64,000 nucleotides of DNA, taken from the NCBI GenBank assembly GCA_963422295.1, contig OY729417.1, forward strand, positions 2,049,210-2,113,209, given 5' to 3'. This stretch comes from Dehalococcoidia bacterium (GTDB taxonomy: Bacteria > Chloroflexota > Dehalococcoidia > Lucifugimonadales > UBA1123). A program made the position numbers and the translations under genes. The notes beneath the pieces are model-generated. The model was given only the letters and a program-made list of their open reading frames with translations. It ran no database searches and was not told the origin of the DNA. Positions within the stretch are counted from its first letter, which is position 1; every line of letters begins with the position of its first letter. Shown piece by piece: positions 1 to 9,734 of the stretch.

Positions 1-830
1 AGCTGCTGGATACCGACCCTGCACGCGCTGTCGTGGGCGAAGAGAAGTTCCGCGAATGGATGCAGGAACTTCAGGATCGTACTATTGCGGAGCTCGACGG
101 GATGCATTTCGATATTGCCGAGCCTGTGAAGCGTATCGAGGCTATGATAGCTCCGCCCGGCGGCGCGCTGGCGATGTATTATACGCCGCCATCGGAGGAT
201 TTCTCCCGACCGGGACGCACTTGGTATCCAACGGGAGGCAAGACTCGATTCCCTCTGTGGAGCGAGGTGTCCATCGCCTATCACGAAGGGGTTCCGGGCC
301 ACCATTTCCAGCTCGCAACGACAGTGCATCTTTCGGATAGGCTCTCGCGTTTCCAGCGGCTGCTGGGAGGAACATCGGGCTATATCGAGGGCTGGGCGCT
401 GTATGCGGAGAGGCTGATGGGGGAGCTAGGCTATCTGGAGAATCCGGACTACTATCTGGGAATGCTGAGCGCGCAGGCGCTCCGGTCGGTTCGCGTGATA
501 ATCGACATAGGGATGCATCTGGAGTTGGATATACCGCGCGGACAGAGCTTTCACCCTGGCGAGCGGTGGACGCCAGATCTGGGGCTGGAGTTTATGAATC
601 TCAAGAGCCTCATCCCGTCGGATTTTGCGGCGAGCGAGGTCAGCCGCTATTTGGGCATTGCAGGGCAGGCCATCAGCTACAAAGTGGGAGAACGCGAATG
701 GCTTTCGGCGCGTGAAGAGTCGCGGCGTCAGCAGGGCGCGGCGTTCGACCTTGCGCGGTGGCATACTCGCGCGTTGGAGCTGGGGCCGATGGGTTTGGAG
801 CAGATGCGTAGAGAGATGGCGCGGATGTAG
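1..830 (+). CDS. DUF885 family protein, C-terminal part (5' end outside window)
   Basis: The frame-3 ORF is open to the window edge. Motifs HEGVPGHH and YIEGWALYAE are typical of the DUF885 metallopeptidase-like family. Confidence 0.75.
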   Translation, partial: LLDTDPARAVVGEEKFREWMQELQDRTIAELDGMHFDIAEPVKRIEAMIAPPGGALAMYYTPPSEDFSRPGRTWYPTGGKTRFPLWSEVSIAYHEGVPGHHFQLATTVHLSDRLSRFQRLLGGTSGYIEGWALYAERLMGELGYLENPDYYLGMLSAQALRSVRVIIDIGMHLELDIPRGQSFHPGERWTPDLGLEFMNLKSLIPSDFAASEVSRYLGIAGQAISYKVGEREWLSAREESRRQQGAAFDLARWHTRALELGPMGLEQMRREMARM

Positions 831-879
831 GCTGAGCGCGTATTCGTATGATTTTTGAGGTTGCGCTTTCCTTCCGACC

Positions 880-2040
880 TCAGGCGAGCGCTTTGCTGGC
901 GGCTGCGACGGCCGCGCCGGGTGGTATCTCGAACCCGCAGCGAGGAAGAATCGACTCCAGCGCGGAGAGAGCGAGTAGAACATAGTCGGGTCTGCTGGAT
1001 TCTCCCATCAGCCCGAATCGCCATACCTTGCCATCGAATTTGCCGAGACCTTTGCCGATTTCGATATCGTATTCGTCGAGCATGCATCCGCGCACTTCGG
1101 CATCGTCGATACCTTCGGGTATCCATACGGGTGTAACCTGCGCCAGCCGGAATCCGTCGGGCGTGACGATCTGCAGTCCGAGCGCCTCTAGCCCCGCGCG
1201 CAGGGCGGCTGCGTTTCGTTCGTGGCGCGCAAACCGATTCTCGAGCCCTTCTTCTAGCGCTATGCGAAGCCCTTCCCGCAGCGCAAGTACCAAGCTGACG
1301 GGTGATGTGTGGTGGTACACGCGCGGCTCGTACCAGTACTGGGCGTTCAGGTCGAGATCGAGGTACCACGAGACGGGGGGTGTGCTTCGCGATCGTATCG
1401 ATTCGAGAGCGCGCTGGCTGACGGCGACGGGTGACAGACCGGGTGGACAGCCGAGGCACTTCTGCGTTGCGCTGTAGCAGTAGTCGATATTCCAGCGGTC
1501 GAATGCTACCTCGTTGCCGCCAAGCGAGGTTACGGCGTCCACCATGAACAGCGCATCGTGTTCGCGCGCAAGTGAGGACATGGCTTCTAGCGGCTGACGG
1601 ATGCCTGTAGATGTCTCCGCGTGTATGGCTGCGACCAGTTTGGCGGCTGGGTTCATGGCGAGAGCGTCGGCGAGCATCTCTTCTGGAAATGGCTTGCCCC
1701 ATTCCGAGCGCAGCGCGACGACATTCGCGCCCACGCGCGCTGCTATGTCTGCCATTCGCTCTCCGAAGTGGCCGTATATGCAGACGATGGCGGTATCGCC
1801 CGGCTCCAAAATGCTGGACAGGCCCGCCTCCATTCCAGACGATCCGGTGCTGGACAGAGCCATCGTTGCGGCGTCCTGCGTCCCGAAAACCATCTTCAGC
1901 AGATTGGAAACCTCATCCATGATAGGGATGTAGTCACGGTCGAGGTATCCGATCATGTTTTGCATCATCGCGCGCAGGACTCTTGGAGATACCATAGAGG
2001 GGCCTGGCCCAAGCAGGATACGGTTCGGCACCGAGGGCAT
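880..2040 (-). CDS. class V PLP aminotransferase (alanine-glyoxylate / serine-pyruvate aminotransferase-like)
   Basis: N-terminus LLGPGPSMVSPRVLRAM and the SATQKCLG lysine region fit this family. ATG at 2040 is preferred over the longer ORF start at 2109. Confidence 0.8.
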   Translation of the reverse strand: MPSVPNRILLGPGPSMVSPRVLRAMMQNMIGYLDRDYIPIMDEVSNLLKMVFGTQDAATMALSSTGSSGMEAGLSSILEPGDTAIVCIYGHFGERMADIAARVGANVVALRSEWGKPFPEEMLADALAMNPAAKLVAAIHAETSTGIRQPLEAMSSLAREHDALFMVDAVTSLGGNEVAFDRWNIDYCYSATQKCLGCPPGLSPVAVSQRALESIRSRSTPPVSWYLDLDLNAQYWYEPRVYHHTSPVSLVLALREGLRIALEEGLENRFARHERNAAALRAGLEALGLQIVTPDGFRLAQVTPVWIPEGIDDAEVRGCMLDEYDIEIGKGLGKFDGKVWRFGLMGESSRPDYVLLALSALESILPRCGFEIPPGAAVAAASKALA

Positions 2041-2114
2041 AGCCGATTCAGGCAAAGTGGGCAGGGTGTGTTCCGTCAAGGGAATCCTCCGGCAGGTTCT
2101 GCTGCGCATGTATG

Positions 2115-3578
2115 TTACTGTCGATTGTACATGTCCTGAAGCCGAACGATGTCATCTTCGCCGAGATAGCTGCCGGATTGCACTTCGATTATTTCCAGTG
2201 GTATGGTTCCGGGGTTGGCTAGTCTATGTGTTTCTCCGACGCTGACATATGCGGACTGATTTTCGTGTAGTAAGAACTCGCTGGAATCTTTGGTTACCCT
2301 CGCCGTGCCACTTACAACGACCCAATGTTCGGAGCGGTGGTGGTGCATCTGAAGCGAGAGCGCCTGTCCGGGTGAGACCAAGATTCGTTTGACCTGGAAA
2401 CGGTTGCCGAAGTCGATGACTTCGTACCATCCCCATGGCCTGTGAACGCGGCGATGGTTTTCCTGCTCCGGTCTTTCTTCTAGTTTGAGCTGTTCGACAA
2501 GTGTTTTGACATCCTCGACACGCTTTCGGTTGGTTGCCAGTACTGCATCGGGAGTTTCGACGATGATTACATCTTCCAGTCCGACGGCGGCTACGAGCCT
2601 GTGATGTCCGAATACCATCGAGTTTCGCATTTCGTGTGTATAGACATCTCCCCGAATCACATTGCCTTCGTCGTCTTGGCGGCTGACTTCCATGATGGCT
2701 GCCCAAGATCCGACATCCGACCATCCGACATCCATCGGAATGACGAGGGCGGGGCGTTGGGATGATTGCGCGTCGGGGCCGGCGATGCGCTCCATGACGG
2801 CGTAGTCGATCGTGTCCACAGGACATTCAGCGAAGAGTTCAGCGTCGGGTCTGTAAAAGATACCGTCGCGTTTGCCGCCGTCGTGCGCGCGTCGGCAGGC
2901 GTCTGCGATGTCCGGTCTGAAGCGTTCCAGCTCCTCCAGCCATGTGGATGCGCGCATGACGAACATGCCACTGTTCCAGAGGTAGAGGTTCGTGTCGAGC
3001 ATCCCCTGCGCTGCGCTTTCATCCGGCTTTTCGACGAAGTGTTCTATGAATCGAGCGACGCTCGCCGCGCCGTTATTCGAATATTCGTCGCCGATACGAA
3101 TGTAACCATAGGCCGCGCTTGGTGAAGTCGGCGTGATGCCGAAGCTGATGATACAGCCGTCTTTGGCAAGCTCCGCGGCAGTCACTACCGCTCGTTGGAA
3201 GACCTCCACATCTGTAATCATGTGATCGGCTGGCAGTACCAGCATAACCGCGTCTTTGCACGAGTCTTCCTGTACCGCTATGGACAGCGCGGCGAGCGTC
3301 AGAGCAGGGGCAGTGTTGCGGCCTATCGGCTCCAGCAGAATCGACTGCGGAGATGTCCCAATCTGCCGAGCATGTTCGGCGACCAAGAAACGATGTTCTT
3401 CGTTGCAGACGATCATCGGAGGAACGATTTCCGGAACGCCTTCTAGTCTTAGTATGGTCTCCTGAAACATCGATCGGTCGTTGGATATGGACATGAACGG
3501 CTTGGGATAGAACTCGCGCGACAGGGGCCACAGCCGCGTTCCCGCTCCTCCTGCCAGTATGACTGGATATAGTGCCAT
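2115..3578 (-). CDS. manC: bifunctional mannose-1-phosphate guanylyltransferase / mannose-6-phosphate isomerase
   Basis: N-terminal nucleotidyltransferase motif ILAGGAGTRLWPLS plus a C-terminal cupin with QMHHHRSEHWVVVSG. Length is 487 aa. Confidence 0.85.
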   Translation of the reverse strand: MALYPVILAGGAGTRLWPLSREFYPKPFMSISNDRSMFQETILRLEGVPEIVPPMIVCNEEHRFLVAEHARQIGTSPQSILLEPIGRNTAPALTLAALSIAVQEDSCKDAVMLVLPADHMITDVEVFQRAVVTAAELAKDGCIISFGITPTSPSAAYGYIRIGDEYSNNGAASVARFIEHFVEKPDESAAQGMLDTNLYLWNSGMFVMRASTWLEELERFRPDIADACRRAHDGGKRDGIFYRPDAELFAECPVDTIDYAVMERIAGPDAQSSQRPALVIPMDVGWSDVGSWAAIMEVSRQDDEGNVIRGDVYTHEMRNSMVFGHHRLVAAVGLEDVIIVETPDAVLATNRKRVEDVKTLVEQLKLEERPEQENHRRVHRPWGWYEVIDFGNRFQVKRILVSPGQALSLQMHHHRSEHWVVVSGTARVTKDSSEFLLHENQSAYVSVGETHRLANPGTIPLEIIEVQSGSYLGEDDIVRLQDMYNRQ

Positions 3579-3943
3579 ATGCTTTGCGCCGATCTACTGA
3601 TGCAGTTGGGGAATGTAATCGGGCTGGATGCTCCTCACGATCGTCGGATATTTCTATACGACTGCTCGATGAGAGTGATCATCGACCTGCCGGGATGATT
3701 CTGGGTGGTATGGACAGTTATAGGATCGAGTTTACCATTGGCAGGTGGAGAGCGTTAGGCTTATGCCGTCGATGTTCCGTCTATTTCATGTCTGGCATTG
3801 CCCGAATGCGTCTGATATTGGCGGGGATTCACATGTTTGCGACCGATTCGGGGGTGAGCTGTTCTGTGGAAACGGGTTGGTATCTATCTTTAGATCGATG
3901 AAGCGTGATTTCTGAAGTATGGTCTCTAAGGTGACGCGCTTAC

Positions 3944-5266
3944 TTATACGATATATGAATTTTCTGCAAGCCGCTCCGCCGTCGCCGCCACAACCGCCGC
4001 TCCCAGCCCGGAGCCTTCTCGTATGTACGCTAAGCGCACACGATCTGCGCGGTCGTCTAGTATCTCTGTTATACCGCGCTCGATTTCGGCTTGGTATCCG
4101 TGGCATCCGCGCAGGAGGCTTCCGTCTGCGGCGACGATATGTTCGCGTTCCAGATTCGGGTCGATGTAAGTCGCAGTGGCGGCGATGCTCATGGCTATGA
4201 GATGAGCGGAACGCCGAGCGGCGTCCACGCAGGTTCTTCTGAGGCGGAGTGTATCTTCCGCAGTTGGCGCGCGTATGCCGAGTTTTCGCAGCATCATGGA
4301 TACGGCGCGCAGGTCTCTGGATGTGTCTTGGATTGCGTCCGACAGATGCTCGGCTGTGAAGGCGTATGGTCGTCGGAACGCGCTGTAGGCATCCATCCAC
4401 CCAACGAATGACTGGCCCTGCGCCGACTCGCCCAGCGTGTTTAGTCGAACTGTCTCGCCTAGGTATCGTCCGGAGATCATCTTTTCGAGCAGCTGGCCTT
4501 CAGTGTCTGATTCTGCATTCAGTTGGAGGTCGTACTTCGTCTGGAACGGCTCGATGCCGAAGAAGTTTCCACACTCCATATTGAAAATCATCTCGCCTGA
4601 GTCGTGGCGTCTGGGGTCGCGGCGTCCGGATATGTGTTTGTGTATCAGGTGGTTTGGCACGGAGACTGCGAGATTCATGCCAGTGGCCGCTATCAGCCCA
4701 ATATCGCAGCGGCTGTCGAAGTATGCGCCTGCGGCGAGTGCGCTTACGGTGTCGTTGGCGAGCGCGCCGATACGGAGACGGCGCAGGGCAGGGCGCGCGC
4801 TGGATGCACGCCTGAGCGCGTTTTCTAGCAACGCAACCACATCCTGTCCCTCTACGCCGGAAAATGCGAACTCCTTAGTCCACTTCGTCAGTCTGCCACT
4901 GAGAATACTCTTCTGTTCCACTGGGAAGGCGAAGACGAATCCGAGCTCGTACTCTTTATCGTCGTGCAGCGCGCCTGCGAGAAACTCCGCGATGGGGTCG
5001 AACAGGTCGGACGCTGTTCCTGTCGTTGTCGTGAGCCGGAGCGTGTCACTGTCGATGACTTCGATTGCGCCGCTTCCGCGCAATTCGAGAACTGTTGCGC
5101 GTACATTGGTGCCGCCTAGGTCTAGGACGACCATACTTCCAGTTTCATCGCCTGACGGCCGTCCGACGAAGGATGGATGCATGGCGATCGAGCTGGGCTC
5201 TCCAGCCAGACCTCGTCGCATCTCTTCATGAAAGCTGGAGATGAATGCTGCCGTATCCGGATTCAT
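3944..5266 (-). CDS. hexokinase-family sugar kinase
   Basis: Motifs VLDLGGTNVR, FVFAFPVEQ and LTKWTKEF resemble eukaryote-type hexokinase domains. The start is ambiguous: ATG at 5266 or TTG at 5335. Confidence 0.7.
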   Translation of the reverse strand: MNPDTAAFISSFHEEMRRGLAGEPSSIAMHPSFVGRPSGDETGSMVVLDLGGTNVRATVLELRGSGAIEVIDSDTLRLTTTTGTASDLFDPIAEFLAGALHDDKEYELGFVFAFPVEQKSILSGRLTKWTKEFAFSGVEGQDVVALLENALRRASSARPALRRLRIGALANDTVSALAAGAYFDSRCDIGLIAATGMNLAVSVPNHLIHKHISGRRDPRRHDSGEMIFNMECGNFFGIEPFQTKYDLQLNAESDTEGQLLEKMISGRYLGETVRLNTLGESAQGQSFVGWMDAYSAFRRPYAFTAEHLSDAIQDTSRDLRAVSMMLRKLGIRAPTAEDTLRLRRTCVDAARRSAHLIAMSIAATATYIDPNLEREHIVAADGSLLRGCHGYQAEIERGITEILDDRADRVRLAYIREGSGLGAAVVAATAERLAENSYIV

Positions 5267-5507
5267 AGAGGCGCTCTGGAAGTTCGGATAGGTCGTTGTG
5301 GCGACGCCGTGTGCATGTCGTGTAAGCCTTGCCAAACGAGGGCTGATGTGTTCATCCGTGTCTGTGACATAGCGAGAGGCGCCGTCATAATGAACAGTGA
5401 GAATCAGAGGGCAGCTGGTTGTAATTTCTCACAGCTGATCGAAAGATCGACCACCCCAGTCTGCCCGTTCGATGTATTTGGATATATAGCAGTCGAGTCG
5501 ATGATCT

Positions 5508-6353
5508 TTATAGAACGGCCTCCGCCATCCGCTCCATCTGATCTGTCATCTCTTGTTCGGTTTCGCAGAATTCTGGGCGGACGATGACGCGGTTTGCGCC
5601 GGCGTTTAGGAAATCTTGCGCGCTCTGTCTGTCGGCGGGCTGTCCGTAAACGGAGATTGTGATGGAGTTCGGGTCGCGTCCGCGCTCGGCGGCGAGCTCA
5701 TCGAGCTGTCGGCGGCTGTCCTCGATAACTGCGGGCGTAACCCTGTTCGGCAGCCAGCCGTCTCCGACTTCGGCGACGCGCTGAAGCACCCGTCGCGCCA
5801 TTCCTCCGATCAGGATGGGCGGATGCGGTTTCTGCGCGGGCTTGGGATACATCTGTACCGGCGGAAAGTCGTAGTACTTGCCGTGGAACTCGGCTTCGTC
5901 TTTAGTCCACAGCTCCTTGAGCGCAAGCAGTGATTCCTTTGTCTGAGTCCAGCGATGATCGAAGTCACCGCCCATTATGGTCGTCTCCTCGCGGTGCCAA
6001 CCAGTGCCGATGCCGAGCATGAATCGCCCTCCGCTGAACAGGTCCAGCGTCGAGACTGTTTTCGCGAGCACCAGCGGATTGCGCTCCGGTATCAGTGTTA
6101 TGCCTGTGCCGAGTTTTATCTTGCTGGTGGCGCCGGATGCCTGAGCAAGCGCGATGTACGGGTCTGCGAAGTGCGCGTATGTCCATGGGATTACGCCGTC
6201 AGCCGAGCCGGGAAATGGGCTGGACGACTCCACAGGCAGAACAGGATGCTCTGCATACCAGATCGATTCGAACCCTAGCTCTTCCGCTTTCGACGCCATG
6301 AAAGCGGCGGTGAGTTTGTATGCGGGCAGAGGGGTGGAGATTCCGACTGTCAT
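5508..6353 (-). CDS. luciferase-like (LLM class) F420/flavin-dependent oxidoreductase
   Basis: ELGFESIWYAEH and GIGTGWHREE are typical of LLM TIM-barrel oxidoreductases. Length is 281 aa. Confidence 0.75.
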   Translation of the reverse strand: MTVGISTPLPAYKLTAAFMASKAEELGFESIWYAEHPVLPVESSSPFPGSADGVIPWTYAHFADPYIALAQASGATSKIKLGTGITLIPERNPLVLAKTVSTLDLFSGGRFMLGIGTGWHREETTIMGGDFDHRWTQTKESLLALKELWTKDEAEFHGKYYDFPPVQMYPKPAQKPHPPILIGGMARRVLQRVAEVGDGWLPNRVTPAVIEDSRRQLDELAAERGRDPNSITISVYGQPADRQSAQDFLNAGANRVIVRPEFCETEQEMTDQMERMAEAVL

Positions 6354-6402
6354 TGAGATTTTGCCTCTGTTTCTATCGCTGTGCGAACTCTATGTGAATG
6401 GT

Positions 6403-7749
6403 CTATGAAGCTAGTGCGCCCATAGGGTCCCAAGGCGGCAGGATGATGGGTTCGGTGTCGAGCGCGGAGATTAGATCGTCCGAAAGGCAGCTGCGCGGGA
6501 TGGCTATTTCGAACATATATTCATCGAACCATGAATCGTTCATCAGGAAGAAGCCTTTGTCCCCGACGCTGTCGCCGTAGCTGTTTTCGACTCGCCATCT
6601 GCGCGGTTTGCCGTTTGGCGCATCCATGCCGGTGAACAGCATGGCGTGGGTCATCTGCGTCTGTCCGTATTCGAGTCGGGTCGCCTTGTTCATTTCGAAC
6701 TCTGCGCCATAGACGCTGGCATAGTCGAACAGTTTGGCATCCCACAGGCCTAGCTTGCCGTGATTTTGCTTGCCGGTGTCGCAGCCCATCCAGACAGGAC
6801 GACCGTCTCGAATTTGCTGCGCGGTGAGGTCTTTCATCACTTGTATCGGGACATTCAGATACCGAATCGCGCGCTCTCCGATGACATTGCCGAGGTAGCT
6901 TATCGTATAGGTCTGGAAGTATGGATGATTGGGACGAGGATCGTTTACTAGGCATACGATGTCGGTGTATGGCGTGTCTATATATCGTTCGGCAAACTCC
7001 AGCGGCGTCAATTCGCCATCTCGGTGAAACTTGCCGTCGTCGTCGCGCCATTGCCAATCTATGACGGCGGGAGGATCGCCTAAGTGGATGCATAGGATTC
7101 GATAGACGGCTTTCAGCGTGTCCATTTTGGCTTGCCGCATTGCATCCAAGCCTGCTTCTTGCTGGTAGAGTCGGCGTATCGTCGCCGCGCCTTGCCGAAC
7201 CTGATAGTAGAGCATAGAGTTCATTAGCCGAGTGTTGCCGGAGCTTTCGGTCTCCGGCATCGCCTGTTTGGGAACTGCGCCGTACTTGTCGATTAGGTTG
7301 ATGAACATATCCCACTGGCCGGCGTCCTCGACGGGCCCTAGCATCAGGTGTTGTACGATACGGTCGTCTGCTGGTCTGTCGGCGGTTTCGATGACGGCTT
7401 CGAGGACGAAGTTTGCGCGTTCCGCTTTGTCCCAGAACATCATATAGTTCTGGCTGAACTCGAACTTTCGCATGCCGAGTTTCTTCATCGTATCGACTCG
7501 GAAGAGATTCAAGCCGCTGAACAGCCAGCACCGTCCGGAGTTGCCCTGATGGGTTGGTGACCAGTCATCGAGCATCGTGGAAAACGAGTGTGAAGCTTCG
7601 GTGACTATCCGGCGATCGAGCGCTATCTCGTTTACATTTCGTTGTGTAATCGCGTTCTGCATGAGCTGGTTACGAGGGTTGGCGGCGAAGTCGTTCTGCA
7701 GCTCAGCGATGTCTAACTGTGTAGATACCTGTGGAGTGTCCAGCACCAT
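6403..7749 (-). CDS. pepC: aminopeptidase C / bleomycin-hydrolase type C1 cysteine peptidase
   Basis: Active-site Cys motif QGNSGRCWLFSGLN and VENSYG near the C-terminus. Length is 448 aa. Confidence 0.85.
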   Translation of the reverse strand: MVLDTPQVSTQLDIAELQNDFAANPRNQLMQNAITQRNVNEIALDRRIVTEASHSFSTMLDDWSPTHQGNSGRCWLFSGLNLFRVDTMKKLGMRKFEFSQNYMMFWDKAERANFVLEAVIETADRPADDRIVQHLMLGPVEDAGQWDMFINLIDKYGAVPKQAMPETESSGNTRLMNSMLYYQVRQGAATIRRLYQQEAGLDAMRQAKMDTLKAVYRILCIHLGDPPAVIDWQWRDDDGKFHRDGELTPLEFAERYIDTPYTDIVCLVNDPRPNHPYFQTYTISYLGNVIGERAIRYLNVPIQVMKDLTAQQIRDGRPVWMGCDTGKQNHGKLGLWDAKLFDYASVYGAEFEMNKATRLEYGQTQMTHAMLFTGMDAPNGKPRRWRVENSYGDSVGDKGFFLMNDSWFDEYMFEIAIPRSCLSDDLISALDTEPIILPPWDPMGALAS

Positions 7750-7905
7750 GTTAGTGGCCTTTCCCCCTTAACTCTCCGGTTGCTGTTCGTAGGCGATATT
7801 TCCATGGCTAACTGGTTTTCTAGTTCGTTCATACTGTTTTCACGCCGCTGCCTTCGAGTTCTCTTGGGCAGACATTCCCCCCTCAGTAATTTCGGATAAT
7901 CAATT

Positions 7906-8934
7906 CTACACCAGCTTGACCAGTTTCTGCATGGAGCGCAGCTCGCGTGGAGGGTTCATCTTGCTGCCGTAGTCGCTCCAGGACACTTCTGCTACATAGA
8001 TGTCTCCGCGTGAATCTACGGCTATGCCATGCGGGGAATAGAACCTGCCACTCTGCGCGCCGTAGCTTTCGCGTCCGACGCGGGCCAGCACTTCGCCCTT
8101 GGTATTCATTATAGAGACACGCGGTCCGAGATCTGTGCCGGTGTCGTTGGTGGCGATTCCGGCGAAGTACTCGCCGATATATACCAGCTCTTGCCCGCTT
8201 CGTCCGTCGATGCAGATGGCCGCCGCGCGCGACAGGTTCACCCATTGCGTCTCGTATTTCCCCTCTGGGCTGAATATCTGGATGCGGTGATTCTCGCGGT
8301 CGGCGACATAGACCCAGCCCTGGTTGTCGGTGGTGATATTATGGACGATGTTGAACTCCCCCTCGCCGGTGCCGGATGCACCCCAAGAGAATTGGTAACC
8401 GCCTTCCGGTGTGTACTTGTGTACGCGGGCGTTGGAGTATCCGTCGGCGACATAGAACTCGCCGGTGCGTCGGTCGATGGCTACATGCGCTGGGACGCTG
8501 AATGGCTTGCCGCTCATCTTCGGCGCGGGCTGATGCGCGGTTCCGAGTGTCATCAGCAATTTGCCGTCGGCGGTGAACTTGCGGACGGTGCTGTCGCCGT
8601 TATCGACGCAGAAGACGGTATCATCCGGCGCGATGGTGACGCCGTGCGGGTTGGCGAATACACCCTCGCCCCATGTATCGACGATGTTGCCATCCGTATC
8701 GAACACGATCATCGGGCAGGTGCCGCGATTGAAGACATATACTCTGTCTTTGGAGTCGATATCGACGGCGGTGCCTTCTTTGTACACCCAGCCTTCCGGT
8801 AAGTTGCCCCAGTTCGTTCCGGACAGTTCGTATCTGAAGTCGCCCTCTCCGAGCGTAACCGGGCCTCCGGCTTCGGCCTCGTGCCCTTCGGTTCGCAGGC
8901 CGTATTCCCAATTTTCATCGTGGGTTGTGGTCAT
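7906..8934 (-). CDS. NHL-repeat beta-propeller protein (amidating-lyase-like)
   Basis: Repeated blades of the form YVAD..N.R(I/V) (YVADGYSNARVHKY, YVADRENHRIQIF, YVAEVSW). A good RBS, AGGAG, lies upstream of ATG 8934. Confidence 0.7.
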   Translation of the reverse strand: MTTTHDENWEYGLRTEGHEAEAGGPVTLGEGDFRYELSGTNWGNLPEGWVYKEGTAVDIDSKDRVYVFNRGTCPMIVFDTDGNIVDTWGEGVFANPHGVTIAPDDTVFCVDNGDSTVRKFTADGKLLMTLGTAHQPAPKMSGKPFSVPAHVAIDRRTGEFYVADGYSNARVHKYTPEGGYQFSWGASGTGEGEFNIVHNITTDNQGWVYVADRENHRIQIFSPEGKYETQWVNLSRAAAICIDGRSGQELVYIGEYFAGIATNDTGTDLGPRVSIMNTKGEVLARVGRESYGAQSGRFYSPHGIAVDSRGDIYVAEVSWSDYGSKMNPPRELRSMQKLVKLV

Positions 8935-9094
8935 TGGATTCTCCTAATTTAGATGCTTATACATCGGCTGGCTCTGTCGAATGATGACAGGCCGTATATA
9001 TCTTTGCATATGTCTGTGGCGTAATGCTCTCGCTTTGCGGTAGGGATACCATCGTGATATGGCATGAGACGGATTCTATCTGTATGCTTCCCGT

Positions 9095-9331
9095 CTATGC
9101 AGGATTCGACGAATTTTGCATAGTGTGAGTGATTTCGTCCCTGTCGAGGAGAATCCGCCAGTTTCCGACTCGAAGTCGGTACTCGAACTGGCTTGCTCTG
9201 AGGCTGTGTACATCCACGACTTCGCCGCTTGCAAGCCTCCGTATGCCGATTGCGATGCGCTGGCTTATGGAATGTTCTATTCTTCGGATATCTCTGCGAG
9301 CTTGGGACGAATAGTTGACATCCCATATCAC
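9095..9331 (-). CDS. RelE/ParE-family toxin, copy 1 (ORF ends early; canonical C-terminus lies in the +1 frame down to 9076)
   Basis: Contains the YRLRVGNWRIL core motif of RelE/ParE toxins. The start overlaps the antitoxin stop (ATGA). The ILHRREAYR-stop ending is encoded out of frame at 9076-9105. Confidence 0.6.
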   Translation of the reverse strand: MIWDVNYSSQARRDIRRIEHSISQRIAIGIRRLASGEVVDVHSLRASQFEYRLRVGNWRILLDRDEITHTMQNSSNPA

Positions 9332-9630
9332 AGCCCAAGTTCTCTTTCGATCTCCTCTTGGGAGAAGACATTTCCTGTCCTGAAGTCTTCTTCGGTCTCT
9401 GTGAATGCGGCAATATCTTCTTCGGTAACCTCTTCGTCGTCTAGCGGGGCCTCAGCGAGCGAGACTGCGACCGGATCGTCGAGGTAGCGGATGAACTGGA
9501 TGTAACGCTTCACTGCGTGAAGGTCGAATTCGGATAGCCCATCTATCATGCTTTTCAGCTCTTGTCTGGCGGCATATTGGAGGTGTTCGAGCGAATCTCG
9601 TTCCTCGTCTGTTTTCTTTAACGCTGCCAT
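9328..9630 (-). CDS. putative antitoxin, copy 1
   Basis: A 100-aa acidic protein lying upstream of the toxin and overlapping it by 4 nt. Its C-terminal EEIERELGL tail is typical of antitoxins paired with RelE/ParE toxins. Confidence 0.55.
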   Translation of the reverse strand: MAALKKTDEERDSLEHLQYAARQELKSMIDGLSEFDLHAVKRYIQFIRYLDDPVAVSLAEAPLDDEEVTEEDIAAFTETEEDFRTGNVFSQEEIERELGL

Positions 9631-9734
9631 GTTTGTTCTTCCCGCTCTCTATGCGCGTTAGGCGCTATGTTTTCAGTGCGAAGTCTGCTTCTGGTGATAT
9701 GGCATGAGACGGATTCTATTTGTATGCTTCCCGT

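Noticed and set aside
728-1702. Long alternative-frame and antisense ORFs overlapping well-supported genes. Examples are 728-1702 minus, 16840-17604 minus, 27815-28900 minus, 33661-34608 minus, 41136-41945 minus and 49371-50228 minus.
   Set aside because: They are Arg/Pro/Ser/Ala-rich and low-complexity, have no recognisable motifs, and lie fully inside genes with clear family signatures. These are the expected stop-poor shadow frames of GC-rich coding DNA.
8949-9413. A 154-aa minus-strand ORF spanning the toxin 1 region.
   Set aside because: It overlaps the TA genes in a third frame. This is neither the annotated toxin frame nor the +1 frame that carries the HRREAY ending. It has no motifs and no partner in copy 2.
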